From Podarcis liolepis (Eukaryota): a stretch of DNA of 64,000 nt. The notes under the pieces are model-generated. The model worked only from the letters and a program-made list of their open reading frames with translations, ran no database searches and had not been told where the DNA came from. The DNA is taken from NCBI GenBank assembly GCA_965112155.1, contig OZ218100.1, one strand, 5' to 3'. The position numbers and the translations under genes are program-made. Shown here one piece after another: positions 1 to 12,777 of the stretch. Numbering within the stretch: the first letter of the stretch is position 1; each line of letters begins with the position of its first letter.

Positions 1-855
1 TCCTATATCCATGTCCTTTAAATTTTTCTAATATTAAGAGATATGAGCATAGCAAAAGGAAATTAATAGCAGAGCTGGGCAAGGGGTAATGTAATCAAGA
101 GAAGCAGGCTGCTCCCAAGTTCTTCATCCCTCCCATCCTTATGCATGATGAGCTTGTGAGATAAGGAATTTGTCACACATACAAAATTATTATGTGCTTT
201 CCTCCCATCAAGAGAAGATGATGCCCATCTTCCCCCCCTCTCCCCCCTCCCCCCCCCCATGATAACAATTTGAATTTATTTTCTATTCAGAAGTAGTCAA
301 TAAGGGAAGAGAGCGAAGAACGCTAATAAGATGCCCTATTTGACCTTCAAGAGAATGATAGTTTCACTGATTTCTTTCCCACCTACCCATCCCCTCACTT
401 TCTTAGACAGGAATATATAGCAGCTTTCAATTTAAAAACAGGTGCATAACTGGGAGCTGTCTGCTACAGGCATATAATTGATTGAGGACAGCAGAGCCCT
501 TAATCCCAGAGCTCCTTTTGTTGCTTTTGTTTCCGTTTTGTGTGAGTGAATTGAAAAATAACTATTACCACCCATTCACTTTAAAAAACAACAAAAAGGA
601 AATACTGCACATTATCCAGCAGTATATGCATGTGGAGATTGGCAGGGGAGGGGGACATTTCTGCCTTTCCCTCTGCCTTCCCCCTTTTTTACCTTGTCCA
701 GTAATAAGGAAAAATGTATAGCTATAACTATTTTAGCTCTTTAATACACTTTCTAGCATTGTTTCTGCCGTCACAAATTAATTAATTGTAGCAAAATTAC
801 AGTACTTATTAATTTAGGTTCAACAGAGTACTCATTCTCAGGAATATTTGGATTA

Positions 856-954
856 ATAGAATCATAGAATCTTAGAGTTGGAAGGGACCCTGGGGGTCAT
901 CTAATCCAACCCCCCTGTGATGCAGGAATCTCAGCTAAAGCATCCATGACAGAT
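856..954 (-). mobile_element. CR1 LINE 3' end fragment (5'-truncated)
   Basis: The reverse complement ends ...cccttccaactctaagattctatgattcta, the CR1 ATTCTRTG tail. Its 3'UTR matches the copy at 8420-8751. Confidence 0.85.
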
Positions 955-1413
955 TCCTAATTGAATCAAGCCTCGCTTGTCTAGAGTGAAAGAAAATTCG
1001 GTTTTCTGGAAACGAAGATGTAAGTCACGGGTGCAGGGATTAAACTTACTGTCACCCCTATGCAAATGACTGTCGCTCTACACAAGACTTTCAAATTAGC
1101 ATTGAAATGCCAGTGGGCTAAGACAGTAATGCCTTTGGAATAATCAGTGTTGAATACAATTGACATATCACAACTGTTTTCTAAAATGAACACATCATTC
1201 TTACAAAACACAGACAGCCCTTTACATATCATTGTGGTGGAAATAGATCAGTTTTACTGCAGATGGGAATTTCCAGGGATTTCTGGATATAAACTACCAG
1301 TTCTTTCTCCTCTAGACAAGTTTCTCTAATTGTCTGCCAACTCTGCCATGCTTGTCATTATGGATTAGTGCTGAGTTCAGAAACAAAAAGTGCTACGCAC
1401 ACACACACACATG

Positions 1414-1508
1414 GTTGTTTTTGGACTACAACCACCATGGCCAGTGGTCAGGGACAAAGTGACTTGTAGTTCAGCAACAGCTGGTGGGCAGCCCATTGGT
1501 TACCACTG
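1414..1508. mobile_element. degenerate palindromic hAT-like MITE (ggactacaac...ttgtagt family)
   Basis: Shares the core gttttggactacaac / ccagtggtcaggga / ttgtagttcagcaaca with the intact copy at 33772-33907. Confidence 0.6.
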
Positions 1509-3143
1509 CCCTAACCTGGGCCCCATTCCCTTCCACCTATTTGCGCACAGAAGTTCCTGCAAAAGAGACTGGCCTTCCCTCAGAATCTTCCCCATATTCA
1601 CTACCCTTCCCACAAGTTCTGTTCCTATTTATTTCGATAGGGCTTATCAGTGCAGGATAACATTCCAGTGGATTGTGCCCAACTATTGTTTTGTATCCTA
1701 CATTCAACCTACCCTAATTGCCACTTCCCAGCATTGTCCCTTTGATGCTGCCTGTGCCTCCTTGAAACAGCTTTTATTTAAACTGAGTAGCTGTAGCCCC
1801 TTGGAGTGTGACAATACCAAGCATTAGCAGCAGAGGTAGGGTTATAGTGCTAATTTGGATCTTTCCTTTAGATTTGATTATGGTTTTATTGTAATATTAG
1901 TTTGACTTGTTGACTTTGTTCTATTTGAATTTCCATGGCATCTGTTGTAATCAGGGCTTTTTTTCAGCCGGAACTCCAGAACGGCACCTCTCAGCTAGCC
2001 CCGGAAGTGTGGGGAGTGACCTGACCAGCTTCAGCAAATCTCTGCTGCACCTCCAGCTCAAGAAGAGACACACAAACCCCAACTACAAAGGGAACGTCTT
2101 CTACAGACTCTGGAAAGGGTATTCTCTTGAGCTGGAGGCATGGCAGGGCTTTGTTGAGGCTTCCCAGCCTCCCAGCCAGGGTTTTTTTTTCAACCAGAAC
2201 TATCTCTCATGGAGGTCTCTCCATGCCTCAGTGGAGAAAGCCCCAACACTGCTCCGGCTCACACGAACCAGAGATGTGTGTACATGTGTGTGTTGTTAAG
2301 TTGCTCAGTTGTGGAGCAGCCTCAACAAGCATCTGGCTGGTGAGGAGAGCCCCCACCCCAACCCAAAGAGATCCACTTTGGACTCTGGGGTTGGTGTTCT
2401 TAGGGAAGTGCGTTCTGGCACCTTAATCTGAAAGGGGGGGAAACTGGTTGTAATTAACTGTTTTTATGATCCAGTATTTTAATATTTATTGTAAGTTATT
2501 GTTGGCATTGTCCAAGGTGGAAAAGCACCATATAAATAAAATTAAATTTAAAACTGAACTTATGAAAGATGTGATCCTGTGGGTTATTACTTAAACTGAT
2601 GTAGGAAACAATTCATTTGTTTCTTATAATAACCCCTTCTATGATTTTGTTAAGAACATATTTTTAGACTTCAATTCCTCAAAGAATTATGTTGACATTC
2701 TAAATGCTTAAAATTAAATCTGTTAAAGTAGAACTAAGTTAAATTGCTTAGAGCGTTACATTTATTCAATCATAACTAATAAGTTCAAAACCAATATATG
2801 ACCCAGTTATTGAGTTCTTCTACCAGTCATTGCGTAGTTTTAAATAAATAGACATAGCAAAATTTTAAAGGCAAGGGCAGTTTACATTTATAAGCCCATA
2901 AAGCACCATAACTTGTTTATGGCATCATTAAAATTACTTACTTCCACAATATTAGTGATGGCACAGCTGCAGAAAAGGCACTGCATTGCATGTCCCCTGG
3001 ACCATGCCTAATGTGCAGCAATGACACAATGGCTTCATCATGTGTAATGTACAGCAGTATAATTCTTTGTAGTGAGGGATAAATTATATTGCAATCTATT
3101 CCCAACAATAGGTTCTTGCATAAGAATAATTTTCTCACTAGAA

Positions 3144-3266
3144 CAGCCTTCAACAACCTAAGGAAGTTTTGCACTACACCTCCCAGCAGTCTCATGCCCA
3201 TGGTGGTAGGGGCTGGTGAGAATTGTGGTCCAAAACTTTATGAGGGCCCCAGGTTGGCAGACACTG
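3144..3266. mobile_element. degenerate palindromic hAT-like MITE
   Basis: cagccttcaacaacct...actacacctcccagca...aattgtggtccaaaac...gagggccccaggttggcagacactg resembles the 33772 family. Confidence 0.55.
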
Positions 3267-5762
3267 TGTAAGAAGGTGTAGCTTACTTCATAAGGAAATT
3301 TGTTTCCATCTAGATCTTATTCTCCAACTCAGCTCAAATTTGACTTTACAGATTTGCAGAAAAGTTAGAACAGGACCAAACTGTCACCCCTGCTTAATAT
3401 ATACTGCCCACCCGCCTGCCCCCAACTGTTCACGTCCAGCCAATGTTGAGTTCTCACACCATCTGGAATTGATGGCCACAATTATCAGAGGAGGAAAAGG
3501 CAAAATAGTGAGTGGTTGATTCCACTTGATTGGTGCAGATATGTGCAAAATAGTGCAGAAGCACTCAGTGATCCATTGGATATTGATTTGGCCATGCGCA
3601 TAACCTTTGTTCTTGTTTTCAGCATAGGAAGTGAGACAATAAACAAAACAATTTCAATACCTCTTGGTGGAACCATACAGAATCAAACACCTGTCATTAC
3701 TGTGGTTCTCATTATTTCTTTAACGCCTGTCACAGTCTCCTATTCTGTCCATGTAGCAATTTCTGTAGTGGCGATTTCTGTTTAGCAGCAGGAATTGAGG
3801 TTAAAGCAGGTCTAATTTAAAATTGCAGTTTAAATGACTGATGTATGTTGTATAAATAGATAGCTGACATTTATGCATTTGAATACCTATGAAGAATCAA
3901 GGCACTGTCAGACTGAGTCATAGATATACAATAAACCTTTTCAGTTGCATTCAGTTGATATTTCTAAGGCGGATATGGGGGGATGACAAAATAATGGTAG
4001 CATGGTAAGGAAACATCATTTTATAAATATTTGCAAAATGACAACAAAGCAGGAAAAGCAGTCTAGTCCAGTTTGTATCCTGTATAGAAAGGCCTGTGAA
4101 TATTCTATCTCAGTGGCAAGGAAACAGCCTAATTCTAGCTGCATAAGAATTGGTTTTGTCTTTAGCTAACACTAGAAATTGAGAGGCTCTTCAGAGCTTT
4201 GGGAATTTAGTATTACAAAATCTAAATTGCCTTAAGTATATATTCTTTGGGGTGTGAATGGGGTGATTTGTTAACTATTTGGGGAAGACTTAGTAATATG
4301 ATCTTGTCATATATTTCAGTGTGAATAAGGCCTTCCAGGTAATCTTTAATTTTGTTGTTTTATTGGGGGGGGGGGAAATGTTGGAATGACTGTCATGGCA
4401 AATGTGAAGACTACTTTAGACCACAGCAAGCTGTTAATAACTGGACAAAGTGTGTGTGTTTTACCAAGTGTCAACTTTTCTCATGCGAGTGTGAAACTCT
4501 CAAGATGGAGAGGACTTCCCAAAAACTCATTTGTACTGATGTAAATTCCTGGTGTTATACATATGCACCCCAACACAACTTGGAACACATCTGTATTAAA
4601 GCAGGCTTCCACACGTCTATCACTACCTAGATGAGAGGACCTATGTACAAACAGGTACCGTGTGCAGGATTAATGGCTCAGTTCTGCAAAAGGGACTGCA
4701 CTCACACAACATTGGTAGAATGACAGGCAACAGTGCCAACCAGCTTATTGGGAACTATATCAGTCTGCTGTTCACCTTTGCAAACAATCAATTGGCTCTT
4801 TTGCTAATTATCCGACTAGGGCTCTAGTCATAGCAACTTTGGACTTATATACTTAAATAGGGTTTTTGTACTCCTTTGCAAAATTAAGTCATGCTGCTTC
4901 AGTTTTTTAAAGTATAGGCTACTTTCCTATTTATCATATAAATTATAGTGCCAATTTCCTTAAAGCTTAATCCTCTCATCTGAGCCTTATTGTTGATGGT
5001 AGTTTCTTTTTAAAAAGGTTTCTACATGCTCAAAGAATCGTTCTTTAGCCATAAATATCTGGAAAAGCAAGTGTTGCTTTCTTTAAAATCCACATGAGGC
5101 TGCAGAAGAATTCTAATTAATCTCTAGAGACACAGACTATCTGTTCATTGGTTATGTTTGGCCTTTTTTACAAATAGATATTTCTTGCAGACAAAATCAG
5201 GCCTTTCTAATCTTTTTACAAACAGTTTGATTCCCCCAGCACTAAACGCTGTGATAAATATCTCTAAGTTTCTTCATTAAAATGAAGTTTTTAATTAAAT
5301 CTTAAACACTTTAAAAGTAGTAATTACAGTGGTAAGGTAATCTAATTAGAATATTAACTCTTTAAAAAAAAAAGCTAGTCCAGCTGCCCTTCCACACAGT
5401 AGCTTGGCTTAGATACAGAATGAGCAGAGTCTCTTCCCCAGGCTAGATGGTTAACAGCTGGCTCTCTCCAGAGGAGATGGACAGCAGCAAAATACACATA
5501 TTGGAGTCGGGAATGGTGGTAGGTCCTCATTCCCAAGCCTTCCAAATGTTTTTACCAACAAATCATTTATTTTAAAGGTGCACTCAATAAAATCATGATC
5601 AGGCAGAACACATTTTGAGGGGTTTAGAGCTGGAAAACTTCATAAACAGTTCAATTCATTTCCTCTCCCCACAACAAACTAGCATGTTCTGTAATCTGGC
5701 TCTAGCACTAGACCTCAAACGTTGGCAACCCTAGCTAGATTATGAACTATTTGGCTTTAGTA

Positions 5763-6170
5763 GAAATGCTTTAAGGAATTATGTATAAATAAGTTTTAAG
5801 TTTTAAGCTTTAGGGCTTTTTATGGTAAGATATGGTTAAAATAAATTAAGGTAGTTTAATGACAGAATATAGTGAAAGACGGAAAGGATTTGCTGAGATA
5901 ATTAATAACTAGAATACAAAAAAGGGAGGTGTGAGGAGGTCGATGAAACAAGCTAACGAAAGATAAAGATTTGGGAATATTGAATTTGTTTTTTGAATTT
6001 TTTGTCTGCTTTTGTTTTTGGTTTTGATGTATTGTGTGTTTTGTTTTTTCCCTTTTTTCTTTTTATTGACTTGTATTGTTGAATTTCTTTTTTTTTTTGT
6101 CTATCTTTTTTCCTTTTTCTTTTTTTTTCTCTGTAATTTTAAATTTTCAATAAATATCATTTAAAAAAAA
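5763..6170 (+). mobile_element. LINE (L1/Tx1-like) 3'UTR remnant
   Basis: A-rich segment, then a long T-rich tract, AATAAA at 6149-6154 and an A8 tail at 6163-6170. This is the usual layout of a retroposed 3' end. Confidence 0.55.
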
Positions 6171-6609
6171 GAGAGAGAGAAGGCTGATCTAGGCATAAGT
6201 GTCATATTTATTTGTTTAGTATTGCAGCATATTAATACCAGGCACCGTGAGGGAGAGAAGCAGGCAGCTTGAGGCTTTTAAATAGGGCCCTGACTCTTTT
6301 TTCTTTCTTTCTTTTTGGTCACCTGCTTTGGGGCAAATGCGAAGCCAAACATTAAAGGTCAAAAATGCTGTCGCTTTCTGTGCTTTCATAGGTCATATTT
6401 ATCCTGACAGTGTTGACAACTATAGTGTACAGCAGCACAATGTGCATATTGGATTCTTCACTGCTAGCAGTAGAGTTTAAAAGGCACGTGGGGGAAGAAA
6501 TGGAAAAGAAGGCAGTAAGCACTGCAATGCCATTATAGAAATTGGAGCAGTAACACAAATACCGAAAAGAATATAGAACTGGGGAAAGTCCAGAAAATGG
6601 CTAGTTACA

Positions 6610-6930
6610 GTCGTTTTTCATGGAGCACTCAGCTAACACTGTGGATTTGGCTACTACAAGGTGTGACGGTGACCAGTTTGAACAGCTTTGAAAGAGGGTT
6701 AGGGAAACTCATGGAGAATAAGAGTATGAATGGCTACTAGCCATGATTGCTATACAGTACCTCCAGTATCAGAGGCAGTGTGTCTCTGTATACAAGTTGC
6801 TGGAGTTCAGGCATGGGAGAATACCACTGTGCTCATGACATACTTGTGGGCTTCCTTTAGGTGTCTGGCTGGCAACTCTGAGAACAGAATGCTGGGCTAG
6901 ATGGAACTTTGCTGGGCTCTCCTGTTCCTT
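6610..6930 (+). mobile_element. old CR1-clade LINE 3' end (ttcttatgttct-tail family)
   Basis: aaagagggttaggga...catggag...aatggctactagccatga...cctccagtatcagaggcag...gagaacagaatgctgggctagatgg; homologous to 19887-20065 and 27513-27643. Confidence 0.7.
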
Positions 6931-6952
6931 AAATAAAGATGCAATTGTTACA

Positions 6953-7170
6953 TACTTTTAGGCATCAAGAGAAAACGTTCCTCTTCAACCAGGCCTTTGG
7001 CTCATTATCATCTTATATCCCTTTTAAATGTGTTTGTGGGGAAGGGGCTATTGGTTTATTGTTCCTGTTTTCATTATGTATTTTGTGTTTTTGTATTGTG
7101 TTTTTATGTCGTGAACCACCCTGATATCTATGGATGAAGGACAGTAAACAATGTTAATAAATAAAATAAT
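6953..7170 (+). mobile_element. L2-type LINE 3' end
   Basis: aaaacgttcctcttcaaccaggccttt (end of ORF2), T-rich UTR, gtgaaccaccctga...gatgaaggacagta stem and an aataaataaa tail. Confidence 0.65.
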
Positions 7171-7320
7171 ATTTTTATTTTTAATGAGACAGTTAATTCA
7201 TGTACTATCCAAGCCAGTCCTGGAAATTATGCAATCTTATATGGTATGCCCAATGGAATGATTTAACATTTCTCACAAAAGAGCCAAGCACGACATCTGA
7301 CGGCAGCTTATTAAATAAAG

Positions 7321-7453
7321 GAGGGATAGTCAACACAGTGCCTTCCAGATGTTGTTGGACTCCAGTTCCCATCTGCCTTACCCAGCATGGCCAATGGTCA
7401 AGGATTACAATGTAGTTTCAACAATATCTGGAGGACACTACATTGTCTGCCCC
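7321..7453. mobile_element. palindromic hAT-like MITE
   Basis: Inverted arms tccagatgttgttggac...caacaatatctgga; same family as 33772-33907. Confidence 0.7.
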
Positions 7454-8419
7454 TTTAACAAGTTCTCCATTCTCTGTAAAATACATTTTCAGTGCTTGGT
7501 GGTTGTCAGAGAAGCAGTTTTATAGTACAGCTCAGAGATACCTTGTGAGTCATTTAATTATCTAAATAAACTGATGTGTACTTACACTATATGGAAGTAA
7601 CAAATGAAAGTTAAAAAATGGAAGTCAAATATAAATGTGTACTGTATAGTGCTTCATTTCCACATATTAGCATTATTTATTTGCTTACTTTTATAAGCCT
7701 CTCTTCATTCAAATAAACACCCAAAACTGGTGGTGAAAAAATTAGCACCAGTGAACAAAGTTCTTTCCAACAGAAACTTTTATTTGAGATTCTTCCACCT
7801 ACAAGGAGTGTGAAATTTAAATATTGGAGCTTTATTTACCGTCTTACTAAAATCAGAATGCAAGTTCCTTCTCCAGTGTTTGACAGCCTCTTAAGATGCC
7901 CCTTCAAAAGCACAAAAGGGAGCTAGCAACGCAACTTCCAGTGAAACACCATCTTTATGGTCTTGGAATATCTGCCAGCATCACAGAACACTGCACACAA
8001 TGATACTAGAGGAATGCCATGCATTATTCATATGGTTTTAATATACATCTAAACTTGAAATATTTGTGAGCCTCTTTGTAGGCATCTTTGTGGGAGGCTT
8101 TCCTCTAAGGAGGAAGAGAGGAGGGTTATTTTTGCATACAATACAACCTCATTTACCTGGAAAACTGAGAAAACAACATAGTCAAGATATCTGAAAGCAA
8201 CTGAATTATTTCCATCCTATTCTTCTTTGTGGCCATCCTACTCTTCTTTCCTCATCTTCTTGGATCAAGCCGTGATTGCGGTAAAGGAGTAGCATATAAA
8301 TTGCATACTGGAAAGACAACAAAATGTTCCAATTGTAGATTTAGTTGAGGGGGGCAGAATCGGGTATTGGCTTCATCTGGCAGCTGCTGAGGCCCTGGTA
8401 CTTGATGAGAGCCCACCCA

Positions 8420-8751
8420 CTGAGAGGTGAAATGATAACCACCTTCAGATATCTGTCGCATGAAAGATGAAGCAAGCTTGTTTTCTGCTGCTCCAGAGGG
8501 TAGGATCAGAACCACTGTATTAAAATTACAAGGAAGGAGATTCCAACTAAACATTAGGAAGAATTTCCTGGTGGTAAGAGCTGTTTGACAGTGGAACAGA
8601 CTACCTTGGAATGTTGTGGGCTCTCTTTCATTGGAGGTCTTTAAACAAAGGTTGGATGGCCATCTGTCAGTGATTCTTTAGCTGTGATTCCAGCGTTGCA
8701 GGGAGTTGGACTAGATGACTTTTCAGGACTTTACAATTCTGTTATTTTATG
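8420..8751 (+). mobile_element. CR1 LINE 3' fragment (decayed)
   Basis: Aligns by eye to 39740-40087 (ttgttttctgctgctccagag; agattcca-ctaaacattaggaagaa; gtaagagctgtt-gacagtggaa; ttggaggtcttta). Has frameshifts and a degraded tail. Confidence 0.9.
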
Positions 8752-8848
8752 CCAAACCCTGACTAGTTGTCCCTGACAAACATCAGCTACTAAGCTCGGA
8801 CCCACTGGGAGATCTGCAAGCCAATCTTCCTGTTGTCATCCACTGCAG

Positions 8849-8935
8849 CAAGGACTGGGAACATGTGTCTCTCCAGATGTTATTGGACTCCAACTCCCAT
8901 CAGTCCCATCCAGTTATAGTCCAACAGCATCCCTG
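8849..8935. mobile_element. internally deleted palindromic hAT-like MITE
   Basis: ctccagatgttattggactccaactcccatca...agttatagtccaaca core. Confidence 0.6.
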
Positions 8936-10441
8936 CTCTACAACTCAGTTGCTTCTAGGTCAACCAGAAGACAAAGCCTTTTAGAAGTTTCTAAAAGCTC
9001 CATTTGATATGGGAATTGGGAATTAGCCATGGTATCTGGTGCACATTGGGACTGGTGGGGCAGAAAGCAGGGAGGTTAACAGTAGACGGAAACAGAGCTA
9101 ATGACAGGGGGAGTGAGCCAATTAAGTTGAGTTTTGTCCCCATCTTCTTCTCTGCTGAGTTCTACAAGGTTAACTCTGAGACTAAGGAGGTGGGACCTGA
9201 CAGGCAGTTCTATACCTTGGACTGGTTGGCAGACAGGCGGGGCTGGCTGAGGGCAGACTGAAGTTGATGAAACAGTTCAACTTAATGAACAAGCCACCAC
9301 TGAGGGTTATTCTTGAAGCAAGCTTAACCATTACTATCATTGTTTGTTAGCAACAAGGTTTAGAGAAACTGGGGGTGTGCAGATAATGTTGGTTTCATAA
9401 CAAGACTTCCTGTGAAGCTGGGTTACTATCACATATATATTGGTTACTTTAATTGGGAAATGAATCTCAGAGTGCCAATCTGGCAGCCCAATAGATATGC
9501 AGTTTAAAGTGTGTGTACGCTGCTTACACACACTCCCTTTGATTTTCTTTGAAAGGTCTCTTTAAAAACATAATCAACGTGTGTTTCTCACAGTAAAGCT
9601 ATAATGTGCAGTTGTTAAAAGCAGGTGTTTTATAGTAGCATTCAACCTTTACTTCCATTTTTTAAAAAAATATCAAACCCAACCTATTTATGAACATGAC
9701 TGTTGGATGTACAATGAAGGTAATCAAGCATTTTTCTATAGCCTCAAATTCAGTAATCAAAGAACAGCAAATGGGCATCCACTTGCAAGAGTTAAAACAG
9801 AAGGAATTTTATAATTCCTTGCACACTCATATTAACAAAGCGAAATAAATAGATAAATATATACTGCTGTAATTTATAAGGCAGAAGAATGGTTTATAAA
9901 TTAGCTTTGTTTGAGAACATCTGTTGTACGTTTGTACTGACTTGCACAGTTCTCCTTGCTGAATAATAGAAATAAACTGGGATTTACAGTACAATGTGGC
10001 GTGGGGCTGTTCAGAATTCCAGCCTCTCAGGGCATGTATGCAGTGTGTGATACTGTGCATTCGGTGCTGGATGCAAGTGCCTTTTGGGGAGTGCTATACA
10101 CCCTACGTCACCCTCACGTCATCCCTGCCCCACCCTATTTGTCTAGATTCTGTGCATTCTGCTGGAATGGATATAATCTGTTTTGTGCTGAGAACACACC
10201 TCTCAAATGCTTGCTGCATACATATGTACACAGAGAGCACGTTCTCAGGCCGCCTTCTATTAGAGCAGATCTAATGACATTGCAAGCTAGCTATGCCACT
10301 CCCTCTCACCATTTTTAACTTGTCTATGAATGAAATAGGGAAAATAGAAAGCAGTAAAGTCACCTCTGTATACTGATATGTATCCTCTGTATATCAGTAG
10401 AGCAAGACATCAGTTTCTAGTCCCTTTTTCAAAAGGCTGCA

Positions 10442-10682
10442 ATATATATTTGTTTGCTGCCCATCTGACTGGGTTGTCCCAGTCACTCTGGGCAGCTCCC
10501 AACAGAGTACTAAAAACGCAATAAAACATCAAACATTAAAACCTTCCCTAAACAGAGCTGCCTTCAGATGTCTTCTATAAGTCAAATAGTTGTTTATTTC
10601 CTTGACAGCTGATGGGAGGGTGTTCCACAGGGCTGGTGCGACTAGCGAGAAAGCCCCCTGCCTGGTTCCCTGTAACCTCATT
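10442..10682 (-). mobile_element. L2-type LINE 3' end
   Basis: The minus strand encodes a ...LWNTLPS...-type ORF2 end (gggagggtgttccacag), followed by a UTR and the gctgcccagagtg...gatgggcagc stem-loop tail. Confidence 0.75.
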
Positions 10683-11068
10683 TCTTCTGGCGGTACCTTC
10701 ACTGCTCGATCTCAGTGTTGTGCACTTGTTTGAAAACTTGCCCACCTGTGTGCAAAGACAACACAGATATTAGCTACTGCTGTAGATGATATTGTGCAAA
10801 ATTGTGTACAACTGCAAGCTGCTGTGTACAAAGGCTTCATGTATACACAGCCTCAATTCCATTAATCCCCGCCCCTATATTTCCAGTTCTGCAGCACCAT
10901 AGTCATTCAGCTCTCCATGTCTACTGAGTATACTCAGTCTTCATTGGGCAGATCTTTAAAAACCTCAGAGTTCTGCCATGTCTACTGACTGATACTTGTC
11001 TCTTGTTTGGCGTTGTTGCTGCTTTGGCTACAAAACAACCAGCATTCAGATAATTGATAAGCCTGTTG

Positions 11069-11108
11069 GTGTGTGTGTGGGTGTGTGTGTGTGTGTGTGT
11101 GTGTGTGT
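11069..11108. repeat. (GT)n microsatellite
   Basis: About 20 GT units with one interruption. Confidence 0.95.
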
Positions 11109-11144
11109 CTGTAATGTATTGGGTTATATATGTAACATTTATGG

Positions 11145-11327
11145 CATACCCTCCCACATTTCTCAGGTGAAAATAGTGACGTCCTATTCCATACCCTCTA
11201 ACATTTCTCCAATGAAAATAGAGACATTCTAAGGAAAAGTGGGACATTGCGGAATCAAATCAGAAACTGGGATGGCTTCTGTAAATCCAGGACTGTCCCT
11301 GAAAAATAGGGACACTTGGAGGGTCTG
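11145..11327 (+). mobile_element. non-autonomous DNA transposon (hAT-like, apparent 6-bp TSD) with a duplicated 45-bp left end
   Basis: TIRs CATACCCTCC / GGAGGGTCTG, flanked by TTATGG at 11139-11144 and 11328-11333. Second copy at 47447-47583. Confidence 0.75.
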
Positions 11328-12370
11328 TTATGGTCGGGTGTCAAAACTTCATTAGTGCATCCAGGAAGCACAAAAAACATTTTGAGGCTACAGATCAGGT
11401 CGGTTTGTATCCGAACTTGCAAATATTGGATTTCCTAAGCATCCTTAGACACAGCCCATGTTGTTAGATGCCTAAACTTGCCCTCAGGGCCATATGTGGC
11501 TTGCAAGTAATTCCAACACAGATTACAGTTTTTCAGGATAGAGGCACATCAAGAAAGTGTTTCAGTGGCTCCTAATCAGCTTCTCCCTCTTCATTCATTG
11601 TGATTAGCTTGCATTGTGCATTGGCTGAGACATTTTCTCCTGCCAATCGGAGCAGACAATACTGGGCTAGGAAAACAATAATCTGATTCATTTTAAAGCA
11701 GTTTGGAGGTAAAATTATACCCCAGTGTAGTATTTGTTGCAAAATTGACAAAAGGTAGCCATACAATATAGGCCTCCTAGAACATTGTCACCTGCAAACA
11801 GTCCCCAAATTTCAGCCATTTAATTTTTTTCCAGTACACAAAGAAGCATCTAGCACCAAAACCAACAACCATATTTCAAGGAAACCAACTGAACATGACA
11901 TGCAAGGTGCTTTGCTTATTTCAGCTAATGGTATGTGTTGGGGTCAAAACTTTTCATCAAAAACCGACCTGGTGATACACATTTAAGTTCCCACCTAGGG
12001 TTATCTTTTTGAAAATGAAAAAGTGCCCCGCCCACAAATATTCCAGTAAATCTATTGATGTTTACCACTGGATTGTGTTTTATCTTCTCCAGTGTTAATT
12101 TATTGAGGGAGGGGGATATATATCCCACAGCCTTTACAAACAAAACTGGTCCAGGAAAGCAGACTTCTGAAACCACCCCCTTGGTTTGGATTGGAGATAT
12201 TTTACTCTCCTTTGGATTCTTTGGAATTTAGCTTGGGGTAGAAACATTTCCCCCAAGAAACCATTTGTGGCAATGTTTTGCAGGGTTACAGTTCCTCACT
12301 CTGGGAGTAGCATGGGATGGTTGACAGTAGAATCATGTCTCAGACTTCAAATTAAGGAGGTAGGAACATG

Positions 12371-12373
<3 letters not shown>

Positions 12374-12401
<28 letters not shown>
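12374..12401. repeat. (GA)14 microsatellite
   Basis: Perfect dinucleotide run. Confidence 0.95.
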
Positions 12402-12404
<3 letters not shown>

Positions 12405-12757
12405 TAGTAACAATAGGACAGAGGGGAGTGTTTTGTGGCTGTAGGGGGCGGGGGCAGAGGTTGTCAGAGAAGGAAGTGTATTTGTAGTGACTTAATAGGA
12501 TTTTTGTCCATATTTCTATTTTGTATAAGCTTTGGAGCTAACCCCCTCTTGCCTCACCAAGTGATATCTGTTCGTGTGCATAAACGCAAGTAGAAATGGT
12601 CTTCCAAACTGAAAGTGCAATATTTACAACTTCATGGTAGCATACTATGTAAACATAATTTAATAATCCATTAACCTTTAAAGATTGTAAAGAACAAATT
12701 CCGTTTTGTGCATTTTTGTTTATGACCATTATTTTATCACTGAAACTGAACAAACGT

Positions 12758-12777
12758 TTACTGCCATCTAGTGGAAA
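12758..12777 (-). promoter_or_regulatory. CTCF core motif
   Basis: The minus strand reads TTTCCACTAGATGGCAGTAA. The core CCACTAGATGGCAG fits the CTCF consensus CCASYAGRKGGCRS, and it lies in non-repetitive sequence. Confidence 0.6.

Noticed and set aside
1390-2426. ORFs of 99-145 aa
   Set aside because: They overlap repeat fragments, lack ATG or splice support and do not look like proteins.
10889-10920. REST/NRSE motif
   Set aside because: Only the CAGCACC half matches; the second half is absent in the right orientation.
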